Origin: Clostridia bacterium
Lineage (GTDB): Bacteria; Bacillota; Clostridia; UBA1212; UBA1255
Reading direction: 5' to 3'
Assembly: GCA_045546695.1 (NCBI GenBank)
Contig: JAZQDE010000008.1
Span: forward strand, 27,782-91,781
Length of the DNA stretch: 64,000 nt
Each line of letters begins with the position of its first letter. The stretch's first letter is position 1. Below, piece after piece: positions 49,786 through 60,297 of the stretch. A program made the translations under genes and the position numbers. A model generated the notes under the pieces. That model was given only the letters and a program-made list of their open reading frames with translations, made no database searches and was not told the DNA's origin.

Positions 49786-50855
49786 TTACCTCCTTTAGCA
49801 ATTTTTCTGATAACTTCCATAATCTCATCAGGAAGCGGCACGTTACCACCGGTTCTGCCATAGAAATCAACAGTATTTTTGCCATTTACTGCAAGTCTTA
49901 CGTCTTCTACCATCTGTCCGGCACTCATCTCAACGCATAAGAAGCCCTTAGGTGTTGTAGCATATTTTTCAAATGATGCCTTCGGGAATGGCCAAAGTGT
50001 AATAGGTCTGATAAGACCAACTTTAATGCCTTCTTTTTCAGCATCTTTGATAACGTTTTTAACAATTCTTGCTACTGTACCGTAAGCGGTTACGATAACA
50101 TCAGCATTTTCACAATTGTATTCTTCCACAAGAGTCTCTTTAGCTTCGATTTCTCTGTATTTTGCCTGAAGTTTATTATTGTGAGCTTCAAGTGTATCTG
50201 CTTCGATATAAATTGATGTGATTGTGTTGTGTTCACGTTCCATCTTGCTGCCGCAAGCTGCCCATGGCTTGTCAACCTTAACGATAGGCTCAACGTCTCT
50301 GAATTCAACAGGCTCCATCATCTGTCCTAAGTAGCCGTCACCGAGTACTACAACGGGATTCCTGTAAATATCAGCGAGGTTGAATGAATGTACAACGAGC
50401 TCATAAAGCTCCTGAACTGTAGAAGGAGCAACAACGATAAGATTATAGTCGCCGTGTCCGCCGCCTTTTACAATCTGGAAATAGTCGCACTGTGCCGGAA
50501 GAATACCGCCAAGACCGGGGCCGCAACGAACGATATCAATGATTACCATAGGAAGCTCAGCACATGCGCTATAGGAAATACCTTCCTGTTTTAAGCTGAT
50601 TCCCGGGCTTGATGATGATGTCATAACACGTACACCGGCACTTGCTGCACCATATACCATGTTGATAGCTGCAACTTCACTCTCGGCCTGCACGAATGCG
50701 CCGCCGATTTGTTCCATCTTTTTTGCAAGATAATGTGATATTTCGGTCTGAGGTGTTATCGGATAGCCAAAGTAGCGTGTACAGCCTGCTCTTAAAGCAG
50801 CTTCCGCGATAGCCTCATTACCTTTCATAAGTAATTTTTCACCCATTATATTCAC
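49782..50855 (-). CDS. 2-oxoacid:ferredoxin oxidoreductase, alpha subunit.
   Basis: Por/Kor alpha architecture, about 357 aa. Overlaps the beta subunit by 4 nt. Confidence 0.85.
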   Translation of the reverse strand: MNIMGEKLLMKGNEAIAEAALRAGCTRYFGYPITPQTEISHYLAKKMEQIGGAFVQAESEVAAINMVYGAASAGVRVMTSSSSPGISLKQEGISYSACAELPMVIIDIVRCGPGLGGILPAQCDYFQIVKGGGHGDYNLIVVAPSTVQELYELVVHSFNLADIYRNPVVVLGDGYLGQMMEPVEFRDVEPIVKVDKPWAACGSKMEREHNTITSIYIEADTLEAHNNKLQAKYREIEAKETLVEEYNCENADVIVTAYGTVARIVKNVIKDAEKEGIKVGLIRPITLWPFPKASFEKYATTPKGFLCVEMSAGQMVEDVRLAVNGKNTVDFYGRTGGNVPLPDEIMEVIRKIAKGGN

Positions 50856-50862
50856 CTCTTTA

Positions 50863-51075
50863 TTATTTCTCTACTTTAATTACGCAATCAGGACACATTG
50901 TCGCACAAAATGCACAACCGATACAATTTGCCATATCTTCTTCTCTGACTGTCGCAACGTGATAACCCTTCTGATTCAGAACGCTCTTGTCGATCATTAC
51001 TATCTTTTTAGGGCATACATCAACGCAAAGGCCGCAACCCTTACATCTGTCATTTCTGAAACTAACTTTTGCCAT
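50863..51075 (-). CDS. 2-oxoacid:ferredoxin oxidoreductase, delta subunit (2x[4Fe-4S] ferredoxin).
   Basis: Two cysteine clusters, CKGCGLCVDVCP and CIGCAFCATMCP. Length is 70 aa. Confidence 0.8.
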   Translation of the reverse strand: MAKVSFRNDRCKGCGLCVDVCPKKIVMIDKSVLNQKGYHVATVREEDMANCIGCAFCATMCPDCVIKVEK

Positions 51076-51194
51076 ATAGTATCTACCTCTTTTTTATGTA
51101 ATTTACTTCTCATTGTGAAAAATAAAATTTATTTATTTATTATATTATATCCGTTTAAATCTGTAAAGAAAAACGAAATCCTTCATTTGAAAAA

Positions 51195-52463
51195 TCAAAG
51201 ATATTTCTCAATATATTTTTTGCCATCGCCATAAGTGTCAATGATATAATCCATGTCTTTGTCGCCTCTGCCTGACAGACAAACAAGAATTGATCCTGTA
51301 TTGTGCGTTTTTGCATACTTAATAGCGTATGCAAGTGCATGTGAACTCTCAATAGCAGGAATAATACCTTCAAATCTTGACAACAGATAAAAAGCTTCAA
51401 GTGCTTCTTCATCATCAGCTGTAACATAATTAACTCTGCCACAGCTATGCAGATATGCGTGTTCAGGACCTGCAGCAGGATAATCAAGTCCGCTGGCAAC
51501 TGAATATACAGGAGCCGGCTCGCCATTTTCATCCTGAAGCATAATACTCTCAAAGCCATGCATAATGCCCTTTGTACCATATGTTATAGAAGCTGCATGA
51601 TCACCCATCTGTGTACCTCTTCCAAGAGGTTCAACTCCATAAATGTTTACAGGTTCATTTAAGAATGCTGAAAACATACCCATAGAGTTTGAGCCGCCTC
51701 CAACACAAGCAACAACATTATCAGGAAGAAGTCCTGTCATCTCAACGAATTGATCCTTTGCCTCATATCCTACAACTGACTGGAAATCTCTTACCATCAT
51801 CGGGAACGGATGCGGTCCTACGCATGAGCCGATACAATAAATAGCATCCTTATACTCATTTTTATATGCTTCAAATGCACTGTCAACAGCTTCTTTAAGC
51901 GTCTTAAGACCATGTGTAACCGGAACAACGTTTGCACCGAGGAGCTTCATTCTTGCAACGTTAGGTGCCTGTTTTGCGATATCTACTTCGCCCATATATA
52001 CGTCACATTCCATACCAAAATATGCAGCCGCAGTAGCGATAGCAACACCATGCTGTCCTGCACCTGTCTCTGCAATCAGCTTCTTTTTACCCATAAATTT
52101 TGCAAGTAAGCCTTCGCCCATGCAGTGATTGAGCTTATGTGCTCCTGTATGGTTCAAATCTTCTCTTTTAAGATAAATCTGACATTTTCCAAACAAATTG
52201 GAAAGTCTATCACAATGATATACAGGAGTAGGTCTTCCCTGGAATTCTTTTCTGATTCTTCTGAGCTCGCTTATGAACTTTGCACTGTGACAGATAGTTT
52301 CATAGCTGTCAGTAATTTCCTGCATAGCAACCTGCAGATCAGCAGGTAAAAAAGAACCGCCGAAATCACCGAATTTACCATCTTCTGACGGGAAATCTTT
52401 TAAATAATTATCAAAATCTTTATAAGTCTTTTTATCCATATATATTACCTCCGTTAAATTCAA
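51195..52463 (-). CDS. trpB: Tryptophan synthase beta-chain-type PLP enzyme (stand-alone TrpB).
   Basis: HTGAHKLNH carries the PLP lysine. GGGSNSMG and the glycine-rich loops are typical of TrpB. Preceded by a T-box leader. Confidence 0.75.
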   Translation of the reverse strand: MNLTEVIYMDKKTYKDFDNYLKDFPSEDGKFGDFGGSFLPADLQVAMQEITDSYETICHSAKFISELRRIRKEFQGRPTPVYHCDRLSNLFGKCQIYLKREDLNHTGAHKLNHCMGEGLLAKFMGKKKLIAETGAGQHGVAIATAAAYFGMECDVYMGEVDIAKQAPNVARMKLLGANVVPVTHGLKTLKEAVDSAFEAYKNEYKDAIYCIGSCVGPHPFPMMVRDFQSVVGYEAKDQFVEMTGLLPDNVVACVGGGSNSMGMFSAFLNEPVNIYGVEPLGRGTQMGDHAASITYGTKGIMHGFESIMLQDENGEPAPVYSVASGLDYPAAGPEHAYLHSCGRVNYVTADDEEALEAFYLLSRFEGIIPAIESSHALAYAIKYAKTHNTGSILVCLSGRGDKDMDYIIDTYGDGKKYIEKYL

Positions 52464-52519
52464 TTATAATTAGTTAAACAAATATAATTAAATCGCCATC
52501 GTATTAATCCCATGTAAAA

Positions 52520-52845
52520 CACCTCTTGTTAAAAAAAGTCTTTGTCCTTAAAACCATAGGACAAAGACTGATAATCTCTGCGGTGCCACCTAAATTGACG
52601 TTTGTCACGCCCACTCATTAGTATACAAACATATACTGTCCAACTTACGTATGGAAACACGTCGACCATTACTCGCTTTAATGCTTTCCTGTCGCCCTCA
52701 TAAGTCCATTCACAGATATAATGCATATAACCTCACACCGGCCGGCTACTCTCTGAAATGATAAACATCTGCTACTCTTCTTAATCACAGGTTTTCAATA
52801 TTCGATTTTTTTAATTAAACAACATTAAATATTCGTTGTCAAGCA
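52520..52845 (-). promoter_or_regulatory. T-box riboswitch leader (probably tRNA-Trp-responsive) with terminator, upstream of trpB.
   Basis: Minus-strand sequence AATTTAGGTGGCACCGCAGAG (reverse complement of 52566-52586) matches the T-box consensus AATTAGGGTGGTACCGCG. The terminator hairpin agtctttgtcc...ggacaaagact plus U-run is at 52520-52559. A candidate promoter (TTGACA -35 and TTTAAT -10 on the minus strand) is at about 52842-52814. Confidence 0.65.
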
Positions 52846-52854
52846 TTAAATTGA

Positions 52855-54483
52855 TTATTTTTTAATGAAAACCCGTCTGATTTTTGCCGGTAAAACAAGT
52901 GAAATATCCTCTTCGTCTATTCCCTTCAATTTATACATAACAAAGAAGTAAATAACGACACCGGCTATTGCTGCAAACACAAGAGAAATCAGCGAAGTAA
53001 TGTAATTATTAAATACTTTTTCACAAAGAAAATCAAAAAGCAGATATGCAAGACTTGCGCCGGCAATCATCACGCCTGATGACAGTACAGGTTTTAAAAT
53101 GAGCATCGCATGATCAATTTTAATATTTCTCTTTTTTATCATAAATATATGGTTTAAAATCATCGGAATGAGATACGAAATGTATGTTGCAAAGATAGCA
53201 CCATAAATATTTATTTCGGGAATAGCAATAAGGACATAGTTGAGAATCAACTTTACACTAACACCTATCGCCATAAATAACGTTGACGTGAAAAGTTGGT
53301 TTACGCTCTGCATTACTGAGCTTTGCAAGTGTACGATCGCTAGAAACAATACACTGAATGACATGTAACAAAGTAATTTGTATCCGTCTCCGAGACCAAG
53401 AATTGTATAAATCGGTTCAGCAAAAACACACATTGCGATTGATATCGGAATAGCAAGAATATAGCATAGTTTAAAGGCATAATTTGCTTTGTCCTTTGCT
53501 TCATCAAGCTTTTTCATTGCATATAAACCTGCAATAACAGGAAGAAGACTGATACACAAAGAACTTACAAGTGCATTAGGCACGTTTAATACTTGTCTTG
53601 TTGCCCCCATCATTCCATGAAGTGCTCTGGCATTAACATCTGAAAAACCTGCAACAATCAATCTCCCTTTTAAAACAGAAGTATCTATCATGTTTCCGCC
53701 ATATTGAATACCGGAGTTTATTGTAATCGGAAGGCTGTAAAATAATATTCTGAGCAGAAGCTGTTTAGTTGACATCTTATCGGACTGAATCTCATTGTGA
53801 GTCATCAGATAACGATCTTCATTGTTTTTATATGCAAGATAGTATTTATATACAATCAGCAAAGCGACAATTGCACCTGCAAGTGTACCTATTGAACCGC
53901 CTGCAACCGCCCATTCGATTCCCTTTCCTCTTAAAACAAGTATCATGATAAGAGCAACAATTACGTGAACAATCTGTTCTACTACTTGTGAAAGCGCGGT
54001 CGGGGTCATGTTCTTCATGCCCTGCAGATATCCTCTGTACGCACTCAGAAGTGAACAAGTAAGTACTGTTGGTCCTAAAAACATTACACCAAGCCAGCAA
54101 TCTTCGTTGTTCATGAGTCTTGCAATCGGCTTTGCATATATCATCATCAAGGAACCAAAAATCGTTCCGATAACAAGCATTATTCTGCGACACATAAGGA
54201 ATGCCTGCTTTGCCTGTGCTCTGTTTTCAGTGGATGTGAGTTCTGTAACAAGTTTTGATATTGCAACAGGAAGTCCGGCTGTTGTCAGTACGTAAACAAA
54301 TGAAAAAACCTGGTTTGCAGAATAATATATACTGTAATTTTCACTTCCGTCAAGAAGCATTATTACTACAGGTACAAAAATCAGAGATAATGCCTTGACT
54401 AATATGTTTGAAACAGACAGTACAACGAAGCCCCTGCCCATAGATTGCTCTTTTATGTTGTTTTCATTAGAGAATAATCCCAT
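52855..54483 (-). CDS. MOP-superfamily polysaccharide/oligosaccharide flippase (Wzx/SpoVB-like).
   Basis: 14 predicted TM helices. The N-terminus ...VVLSVSNILVKALSLIFVPVV... is typical of the polysaccharide biosynthesis protein family. Confidence 0.7.
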   Translation of the reverse strand: MGLFSNENNIKEQSMGRGFVVLSVSNILVKALSLIFVPVVIMLLDGSENYSIYYSANQVFSFVYVLTTAGLPVAISKLVTELTSTENRAQAKQAFLMCRRIMLVIGTIFGSLMMIYAKPIARLMNNEDCWLGVMFLGPTVLTCSLLSAYRGYLQGMKNMTPTALSQVVEQIVHVIVALIMILVLRGKGIEWAVAGGSIGTLAGAIVALLIVYKYYLAYKNNEDRYLMTHNEIQSDKMSTKQLLLRILFYSLPITINSGIQYGGNMIDTSVLKGRLIVAGFSDVNARALHGMMGATRQVLNVPNALVSSLCISLLPVIAGLYAMKKLDEAKDKANYAFKLCYILAIPISIAMCVFAEPIYTILGLGDGYKLLCYMSFSVLFLAIVHLQSSVMQSVNQLFTSTLFMAIGVSVKLILNYVLIAIPEINIYGAIFATYISYLIPMILNHIFMIKKRNIKIDHAMLILKPVLSSGVMIAGASLAYLLFDFLCEKVFNNYITSLISLVFAAIAGVVIYFFVMYKLKGIDEEDISLVLPAKIRRVFIKK

Positions 54484-54491
54484 TCGTTACC

Positions 54492-55730
54492 TCATATTCC
54501 AAGTAATTTTCTTCTTATTATTTCAAGTGCGTTTACGACGCAAAGCATCCTAATTCTGTCACGGTTGCCGGAAAATTTAAACTCATGTACTTCGTCGCAA
54601 TCAGGTGTTTTAATACCGATAAAAACCTTTCCAACCGGTTCGTCTGAATTTTCTGCTGCAGGTCCGGCGTATCCTGTTATTGATACTGCAAAATCTGCTC
54701 CGGTCTTAACTACAACTCCGTTTACCATTTCAGCAGCAGTCTCACGGCTGACAGCTGTATGTTTTTCAATTGTCTCAGATGATACACCAAGAAGATTGAT
54801 CTTTGCATTATTACTATACGTAATAAAACCACCATAAAAAACTTCCGAGGCGCCAGGTATTGACGTTATCCTGTCTGCCAACAGACCGCCGGTACATGAC
54901 TCAGCACAAGAAAATTTGTATCCCTTATCTTTCATCAGATCGAGTACGTACTTTTCAAGATCTATATTTTCCGTTGTATATACTGCATCTCCCAATATAT
55001 CACATATCTTGCCGCACATATCATCTACGAGTTCTTCTGCCGACTTATTTTCTTCTTCGTGTGCTGTAACACGAATCGTTATTATACAATCTTTTGCATA
55101 AGTTGCCAATGTCGGATTATCCTGATTTTCAACTAATTTCATAAGTTGTTGTTCAATCATTGACTCGCCAATACCAACAATTTTTAAAAATTTAGAAAAT
55201 AACGGTCTTTCTGATACTTCCTTGAGATATTTCATAACATATTTGTCAAATATTGGAATCAATTCCCTGGGTGGTCCAGGAAGCATAACAATGATTTTTG
55301 TGCCTGTATCAATAATGCAGGCAGGTGCTGTTCCCCACTCATTTTCAATTATAATTGATCCTTCGGGAAAATATGCCTGTCTTAAATTATTTTCAGTCAT
55401 TGTTTTTCCGCTTTTTTTAAAATATTCGATTATTTTATTTTTACTAGGCTCGTGTAATTGCATTTCAAGGCCAAGTGCGCTTGCTATTGTTTCTTTTGTA
55501 AGGTCATCCAACGTTGGTCCGAGTCCGCCTGTTGTAATTATAATATCGCTTCGTGACATGGACAAAGCAAACGATTCTTTAAGTCTTACCGGGTTATCTC
55601 CGACAACACTATGATAAAAAACACCCATTCCAAGTTCAGGAATTCTCTGTGAAATATATTGTGCATTTGTATTGGCAATCTGCCCCATTAAAAGCTCTGT
55701 ACCAACAGATAAAACTTCAACCTTTTTCAA
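54492..55730 (-). CDS. cinA: Competence/damage-inducible protein CinA (MoCF-binding plus CinA C-terminal domain).
   Basis: MKKVEVLSVGTELLMGQIANTNAQYIS is the canonical CinA N-terminus. Confidence 0.85.
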   Translation of the reverse strand: MKKVEVLSVGTELLMGQIANTNAQYISQRIPELGMGVFYHSVVGDNPVRLKESFALSMSRSDIIITTGGLGPTLDDLTKETIASALGLEMQLHEPSKNKIIEYFKKSGKTMTENNLRQAYFPEGSIIIENEWGTAPACIIDTGTKIIVMLPGPPRELIPIFDKYVMKYLKEVSERPLFSKFLKIVGIGESMIEQQLMKLVENQDNPTLATYAKDCIITIRVTAHEEENKSAEELVDDMCGKICDILGDAVYTTENIDLEKYVLDLMKDKGYKFSCAESCTGGLLADRITSIPGASEVFYGGFITYSNNAKINLLGVSSETIEKHTAVSRETAAEMVNGVVVKTGADFAVSITGYAGPAAENSDEPVGKVFIGIKTPDCDEVHEFKFSGNRDRIRMLCVVNALEIIRRKLLGI

Positions 55731-55840
55731 GATTAGAACCTCCGTAACATTCTATCAATTTATTTTACATCATAAGCAATAAAAAGCAAGAAAAAAACAC
55801 CTGATTATAGCAATCAGGTGTTTTAAAAATTTATAATTTA

Positions 55841-58105
55841 TTATTTGTTATACGGGCAATTGTTGAATGCAGTCTCATCAATCTCAACGCCGGCCGGAAT
55901 ATTAACTTCTTCAAGTGCAAAGCAATTGTTGAATGCTTTATATCCAATCTTTGTGATTGTTGAAGGAAGAGTAATCTTTGTAACGGCTGTGCAGCCTGAG
56001 AATGTGTATTCATCAATCAATGTAATTCCTTCAGGAATAACAATTGAAGTGATAAAGTCTGAATCAAACACACCACCTGCGATAGCTTTAACTTCTGCAG
56101 GGATTACAACGTCACCGATAGCATTTACTTTAATGAGAACGCCATCACCAACAATTACAAAATCATCTGTATTGTAGTAGTGCCATGTAGTATTTGTAAA
56201 CGCATATGCGCCAACATATGTAACTGTTGCAGGAATCTCAAGTTCAGTAATCTTGTAGCAATCATAGAATGCATATTTACCGATTGACTGGAGATTTGCA
56301 GGTAATGTAACCGACTCAAGATTTGTACAACCATAGAATGCATAATCCTTAATCTCTGTGAGGTTTGTAGGTAAATCGATAAATTTGATAGATGAGCAAC
56401 CATAGAATGCATATTCACCGATTGATTCAACACTCTCAGGAATAAATATAGTCTGAAGATTTGTACAATAGTAGAATGCATAATCACCAATTGATGTAAC
56501 GCCCTCAGGTATTGTAACACTGTACGGGAGGCTTGAACCATAGAACTCGCGGTCGCCAATCTCTTTCCAGCCATTGAATGTAAATGCAGCAATCAATTTA
56601 ACTTCTTCAGGAATTACGATTGTATCTTCGAATATGTCTGCTTTAATAAGGATACCATCACCATAGATATGGAACTGGTTTTCAGTAGGTGTAACGTCAT
56701 AATTGCTGAGATTATCATACCACGGAGTAGCGTCGAAAGCTTTTACACCGATTGTGCTGAGCTTGAGCGGAATAACAACTCTCTCAAGTGAAGTACAATT
56801 AATAAATGCATAATCTCCGATAGACTGAATAGCATCAGGAAGATTTACTTCTGTAAGAGATGTACAACCATAGAATGCATTGTCTCCGATTGTTGTAATA
56901 GTATCACAGAAAACAATAGTCTCTAATGATTCGCAACCATAAAACGCATTGCTTCCGAGATAAGTAATCTTGTTCTGACTGATGTCAATGTTTTCAAGCT
57001 TTACACAGCCTGCAAACAAGTTGTCATTAATAACTGATACTCTGTTAGGAAGTAAGAATTCTTTAAGATTTACAGCACCTTCAAAAACGCCGACACCAAT
57101 GTATGTAAGTTTACTGCCTTTTTGTGAAAGCTGAACTTCTGAAATCCTGTCAACGAATGAATCAAATGCGCCTTCTGCAATTGAATATGCTGTATCAGGA
57201 AGGTCGAGCACCAGCAAATCATTTTCTGAAGCAGGAACATATGCAATAACAGTACCCTGGCCTACAAGAATATATCTGTCAGTATCTGCCTCTGCAGCTG
57301 ATGCCTTTGCATAAGCATCTGCAAACCACTTTGTACTGTCAAAAGCTTTATCACCGATAATGTAAAGTGATGACGGATACGTAATATCTGCAAGAGCAGT
57401 ACATTCTCCGAAACAGAAACTGCCAACTGTTGTAATCTTATTTGGAAGAACAATCTTTTCTAATGAAGAACAACCATAAAATGCTGATTCGCCAACTTCT
57501 GTAATATCTGTACCGATTTCAACTTCCTTAAGTGATGAACAACCATAGAAGAAATAATCAGGAATCACAAGCATTGTATCAGGACAATTTGACTTCTGTA
57601 AGGATGTACAGCCATAAAATACATTTGTGCCTACTGTCTGTAATTTGTTCTGGAAAATAAATTCAGTGATACCTGTACATCCGGCAAAAGCATAATCGCC
57701 GATGTGGTTAAGGTTGTTCGGGGGTGTAAACGGTCCTGTAAAGCCTGTACAATTTTCGAAAGCATATGCACCGATTGTTGTAATATCCTTCGTGAAAGTG
57801 ATGCTTGTCACGTCACTTCTGTTACTGAAAGCCATATCGCCGATAGCAGTAACTTTTTCAGGTATAACAACGTCTCCACCCTTGCCTAAATACTCAACTA
57901 TAGTAGTATCAACAATGTGAAATTCTTCAGGGTCATATTCAATCTCTTCGCTGGGTGCAAAAGTCGATGATGGCGTTGACTCAGGTGCTGCGGTCGGTGT
58001 AGCAGAAGGTTCTTCTTCGCTACATGCAGCAAAAGTAAAAATCAACGCTAGAACGAACAGTGTCGCCAGAGTCAATTTGAATACTGAACTAAAACGTTTT
58101 ACCAT
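55841..58105 (-). CDS. BspA-type leucine-rich-repeat surface lipoprotein.
   Basis: Lipobox FAAC-S after the signal peptide. More than 15 tandem LRR units of about 22 aa of the form IGDYAFYGCTSL.xV.LP..L..IG..AF. Confidence 0.75.
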   Translation of the reverse strand: MVKRFSSVFKLTLATLFVLALIFTFAACSEEEPSATPTAAPESTPSSTFAPSEEIEYDPEEFHIVDTTIVEYLGKGGDVVIPEKVTAIGDMAFSNRSDVTSITFTKDITTIGAYAFENCTGFTGPFTPPNNLNHIGDYAFAGCTGITEFIFQNKLQTVGTNVFYGCTSLQKSNCPDTMLVIPDYFFYGCSSLKEVEIGTDITEVGESAFYGCSSLEKIVLPNKITTVGSFCFGECTALADITYPSSLYIIGDKAFDSTKWFADAYAKASAAEADTDRYILVGQGTVIAYVPASENDLLVLDLPDTAYSIAEGAFDSFVDRISEVQLSQKGSKLTYIGVGVFEGAVNLKEFLLPNRVSVINDNLFAGCVKLENIDISQNKITYLGSNAFYGCESLETIVFCDTITTIGDNAFYGCTSLTEVNLPDAIQSIGDYAFINCTSLERVVIPLKLSTIGVKAFDATPWYDNLSNYDVTPTENQFHIYGDGILIKADIFEDTIVIPEEVKLIAAFTFNGWKEIGDREFYGSSLPYSVTIPEGVTSIGDYAFYYCTNLQTIFIPESVESIGEYAFYGCSSIKFIDLPTNLTEIKDYAFYGCTNLESVTLPANLQSIGKYAFYDCYKITELEIPATVTYVGAYAFTNTTWHYYNTDDFVIVGDGVLIKVNAIGDVVIPAEVKAIAGGVFDSDFITSIVIPEGITLIDEYTFSGCTAVTKITLPSTITKIGYKAFNNCFALEEVNIPAGVEIDETAFNNCPYNK

Positions 58106-58179
58106 GATAAAATTCTCCTTAAGAAAGTTTGTCGATGTTTCAAAACATAATCACCAACAATTATAGAACTTATACCTTG

Positions 58180-60297
58180 TTAAGTCAACAATTTTTCAAA
58201 CATTTCGAGCATGTTTCCCATAAGGTCTTTTGCATATTCTTCATTAAAACTTTCAACGAAAATATTGAATGTATTTCCGCTTTCATCACATGAAATATGT
58301 GCGTCAGCTTGCGGTTTTTCTATGCAAATACCGTCAATAATTTCTCCTTCACACATATTTTTCAACTCTTTTAACAACTCTGAAGGGTTTCTTGATGTGT
58401 TTATACGTGTTGCGGTAAATTTATAAATTTTAGGTGACAATTGCGTGAATGTGTAAAAATTTTCACCTTCATTATTCAAATAATATTCAAGACATGACAG
58501 TCCGAGATCAAAAGCAAGGTCATCTGTCATCATTAAATATTGTGAATACACACCGGGAATATGCATAAATTTTTCCATTTCCGCCATAATATCTCCCCTG
58601 TTATTTCCACATTTTATAATGTATTTATCATATTTTTTACATATATACGTGGTTGTGAGCAATGAATTTACAGGAGCAAACAATGGTGCATCAGGATACA
58701 TTTTTACAGTAAGGAAACCGATTATTGCCTGTTTTTGTGAAGAAGAAAAATTATTACCGACATAATTCAGATTCCTGTACGGGCAACTGAAAATTTTCAT
58801 AAGTTCGGCAATATAATAATCCTCTGCATCACTTAGTTGTTCAACAGGAAGTATTCCATTTTTAGGTGCATAAGAATAATCTCCTATACGATATATTGAT
58901 AAAAGCTTTTTTCTTTCATTTTTTGACAAATCATTTCCTTTATTGTTTAAAAAAATAACTCTGCTGTTTTTTCCACCCGATATATAAACACCGCCGTCAG
59001 CAAGACCGCTTCTTATCATCCATCTGACAACCGGTAGCGAATTTATACTTGTTTTAACCTGAACTGATGTGGCCGCAAGTCCTGTTTTTATTCCATATGA
59101 AATCATCTGCGCAGCTCCATCATTATCATTTCCAACAATGCATGAACTTGAATTGCGAAGAAAAGTACCAAAAGCTGCACCAAGCTTTACAGTAAAATCA
59201 GGCGAATAGTTGCCTACCGCAGAGACGCCATCATTTTCAAAAACAGGAGTTTTGGCATCAAAAGAATCTTTAATAACACCATTGATTATTGTGTCTTTCA
59301 ATATTATGGTTGCCGGCCAGACTTTCGTACGAGGTTTTGTTTTTACATTGTTTTCCAATGTGGAATCAGAGCCGATTATTGATGAATCAAGATTGCAGCC
59401 GGACATAATGGTTACATTATTACAAATAATAGAATCCGTTATATTTACATCGTTTTCAATTTTTGAATTTTGCCAGATAACAGTATCCTTTATTATAACG
59501 TTTTCGCCGATTGTACACTCGTCACCGATTATACAATTCTGAATTAAAGCACTGTCTGATATATGACAATTCTTACCAACGAATGCTCTTTCTCCGGTCT
59601 CATTGAGTAATAACAAATTAGTGTTTTTATATGATTTATAATCTCCTATATCACACCAGAATGCGGGAGTTTCAAAAGTGTTTATTCTATCATTGTTTAT
59701 AAGCATTGCAGGGAAAATATCTCTTGCAAAGTCCTGTTCTTTCTTTTCTTCACAATAACTCATCACAGCCGGATTGACTATATATATCCCAGTGTTAACA
59801 AGATTTCCCAATGTTTCATTTGTCGCAGGTTTTTCAGTAAATCCAACAACACAATTATTTTTATCTGTCAGAACAACACCATATTCAGACGGATAATTGA
59901 CCTTTTTGGTAATTATTGTAATTTTATTATCGTTTTTCAGATGGAAGTTTATAGCAGCAGATAAATCAATATCTGTCATTGCGTCACCACTGATTACAAG
60001 AAAATCAGAATCAATGAAATCCTTACAGTTTCTGACACTTCCGGCTGTACCAAGCGGTGTGTTTTCAATGTAATATTCTATGTTATTTTCCGGAAAATAA
60101 AGTTCAATCGTATCTTTTACAGTCTGTGGTAAATATTTTAATGTTATTGCAATATCCGTGATGCCGTTTTTATAAAGTAAATCTATAATATGAACTATAA
60201 CAGGTTTGTTCATTACCGGTACAACAGGTTTTGCTATGTTTACAGTAAGAGGTCTTAATCTTGTACCTTCCCCGCCTGCCAATATTATTGCTTTCAT
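58180..60297 (-). CDS. Multidomain sugar-1-phosphate nucleotidyltransferase (NTP-transferase plus hexapeptide beta-helix plus phosphohexomutase-like C-terminal region).
   Basis: N-terminus MKAIILAGGEGTRLRPLT is the G-x-G-T-R-L signature. A central left-handed-helix repeat region follows. Length is 705 aa. Confidence 0.7.
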   Translation of the reverse strand: MKAIILAGGEGTRLRPLTVNIAKPVVPVMNKPVIVHIIDLLYKNGITDIAITLKYLPQTVKDTIELYFPENNIEYYIENTPLGTAGSVRNCKDFIDSDFLVISGDAMTDIDLSAAINFHLKNDNKITIITKKVNYPSEYGVVLTDKNNCVVGFTEKPATNETLGNLVNTGIYIVNPAVMSYCEEKKEQDFARDIFPAMLINNDRINTFETPAFWCDIGDYKSYKNTNLLLLNETGERAFVGKNCHISDSALIQNCIIGDECTIGENVIIKDTVIWQNSKIENDVNITDSIICNNVTIMSGCNLDSSIIGSDSTLENNVKTKPRTKVWPATIILKDTIINGVIKDSFDAKTPVFENDGVSAVGNYSPDFTVKLGAAFGTFLRNSSSCIVGNDNDGAAQMISYGIKTGLAATSVQVKTSINSLPVVRWMIRSGLADGGVYISGGKNSRVIFLNNKGNDLSKNERKKLLSIYRIGDYSYAPKNGILPVEQLSDAEDYYIAELMKIFSCPYRNLNYVGNNFSSSQKQAIIGFLTVKMYPDAPLFAPVNSLLTTTYICKKYDKYIIKCGNNRGDIMAEMEKFMHIPGVYSQYLMMTDDLAFDLGLSCLEYYLNNEGENFYTFTQLSPKIYKFTATRINTSRNPSELLKELKNMCEGEIIDGICIEKPQADAHISCDESGNTFNIFVESFNEEYAKDLMGNMLEMFEKLLT

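Noticed and set aside
51155-51580. 141-aa minus-strand ORF overlapping the trpB 3' end.
   Set aside because: It lies inside and out of frame with the well-supported trpB, and its composition is low-complexity.
56155-56592. Several medium ORFs (145 aa, 110 aa and others) inside the LRR lipoprotein gene on both strands.
   Set aside because: They are generated by the repetitive LRR-coding DNA. The minus-strand 754-aa LRR protein explains the region.
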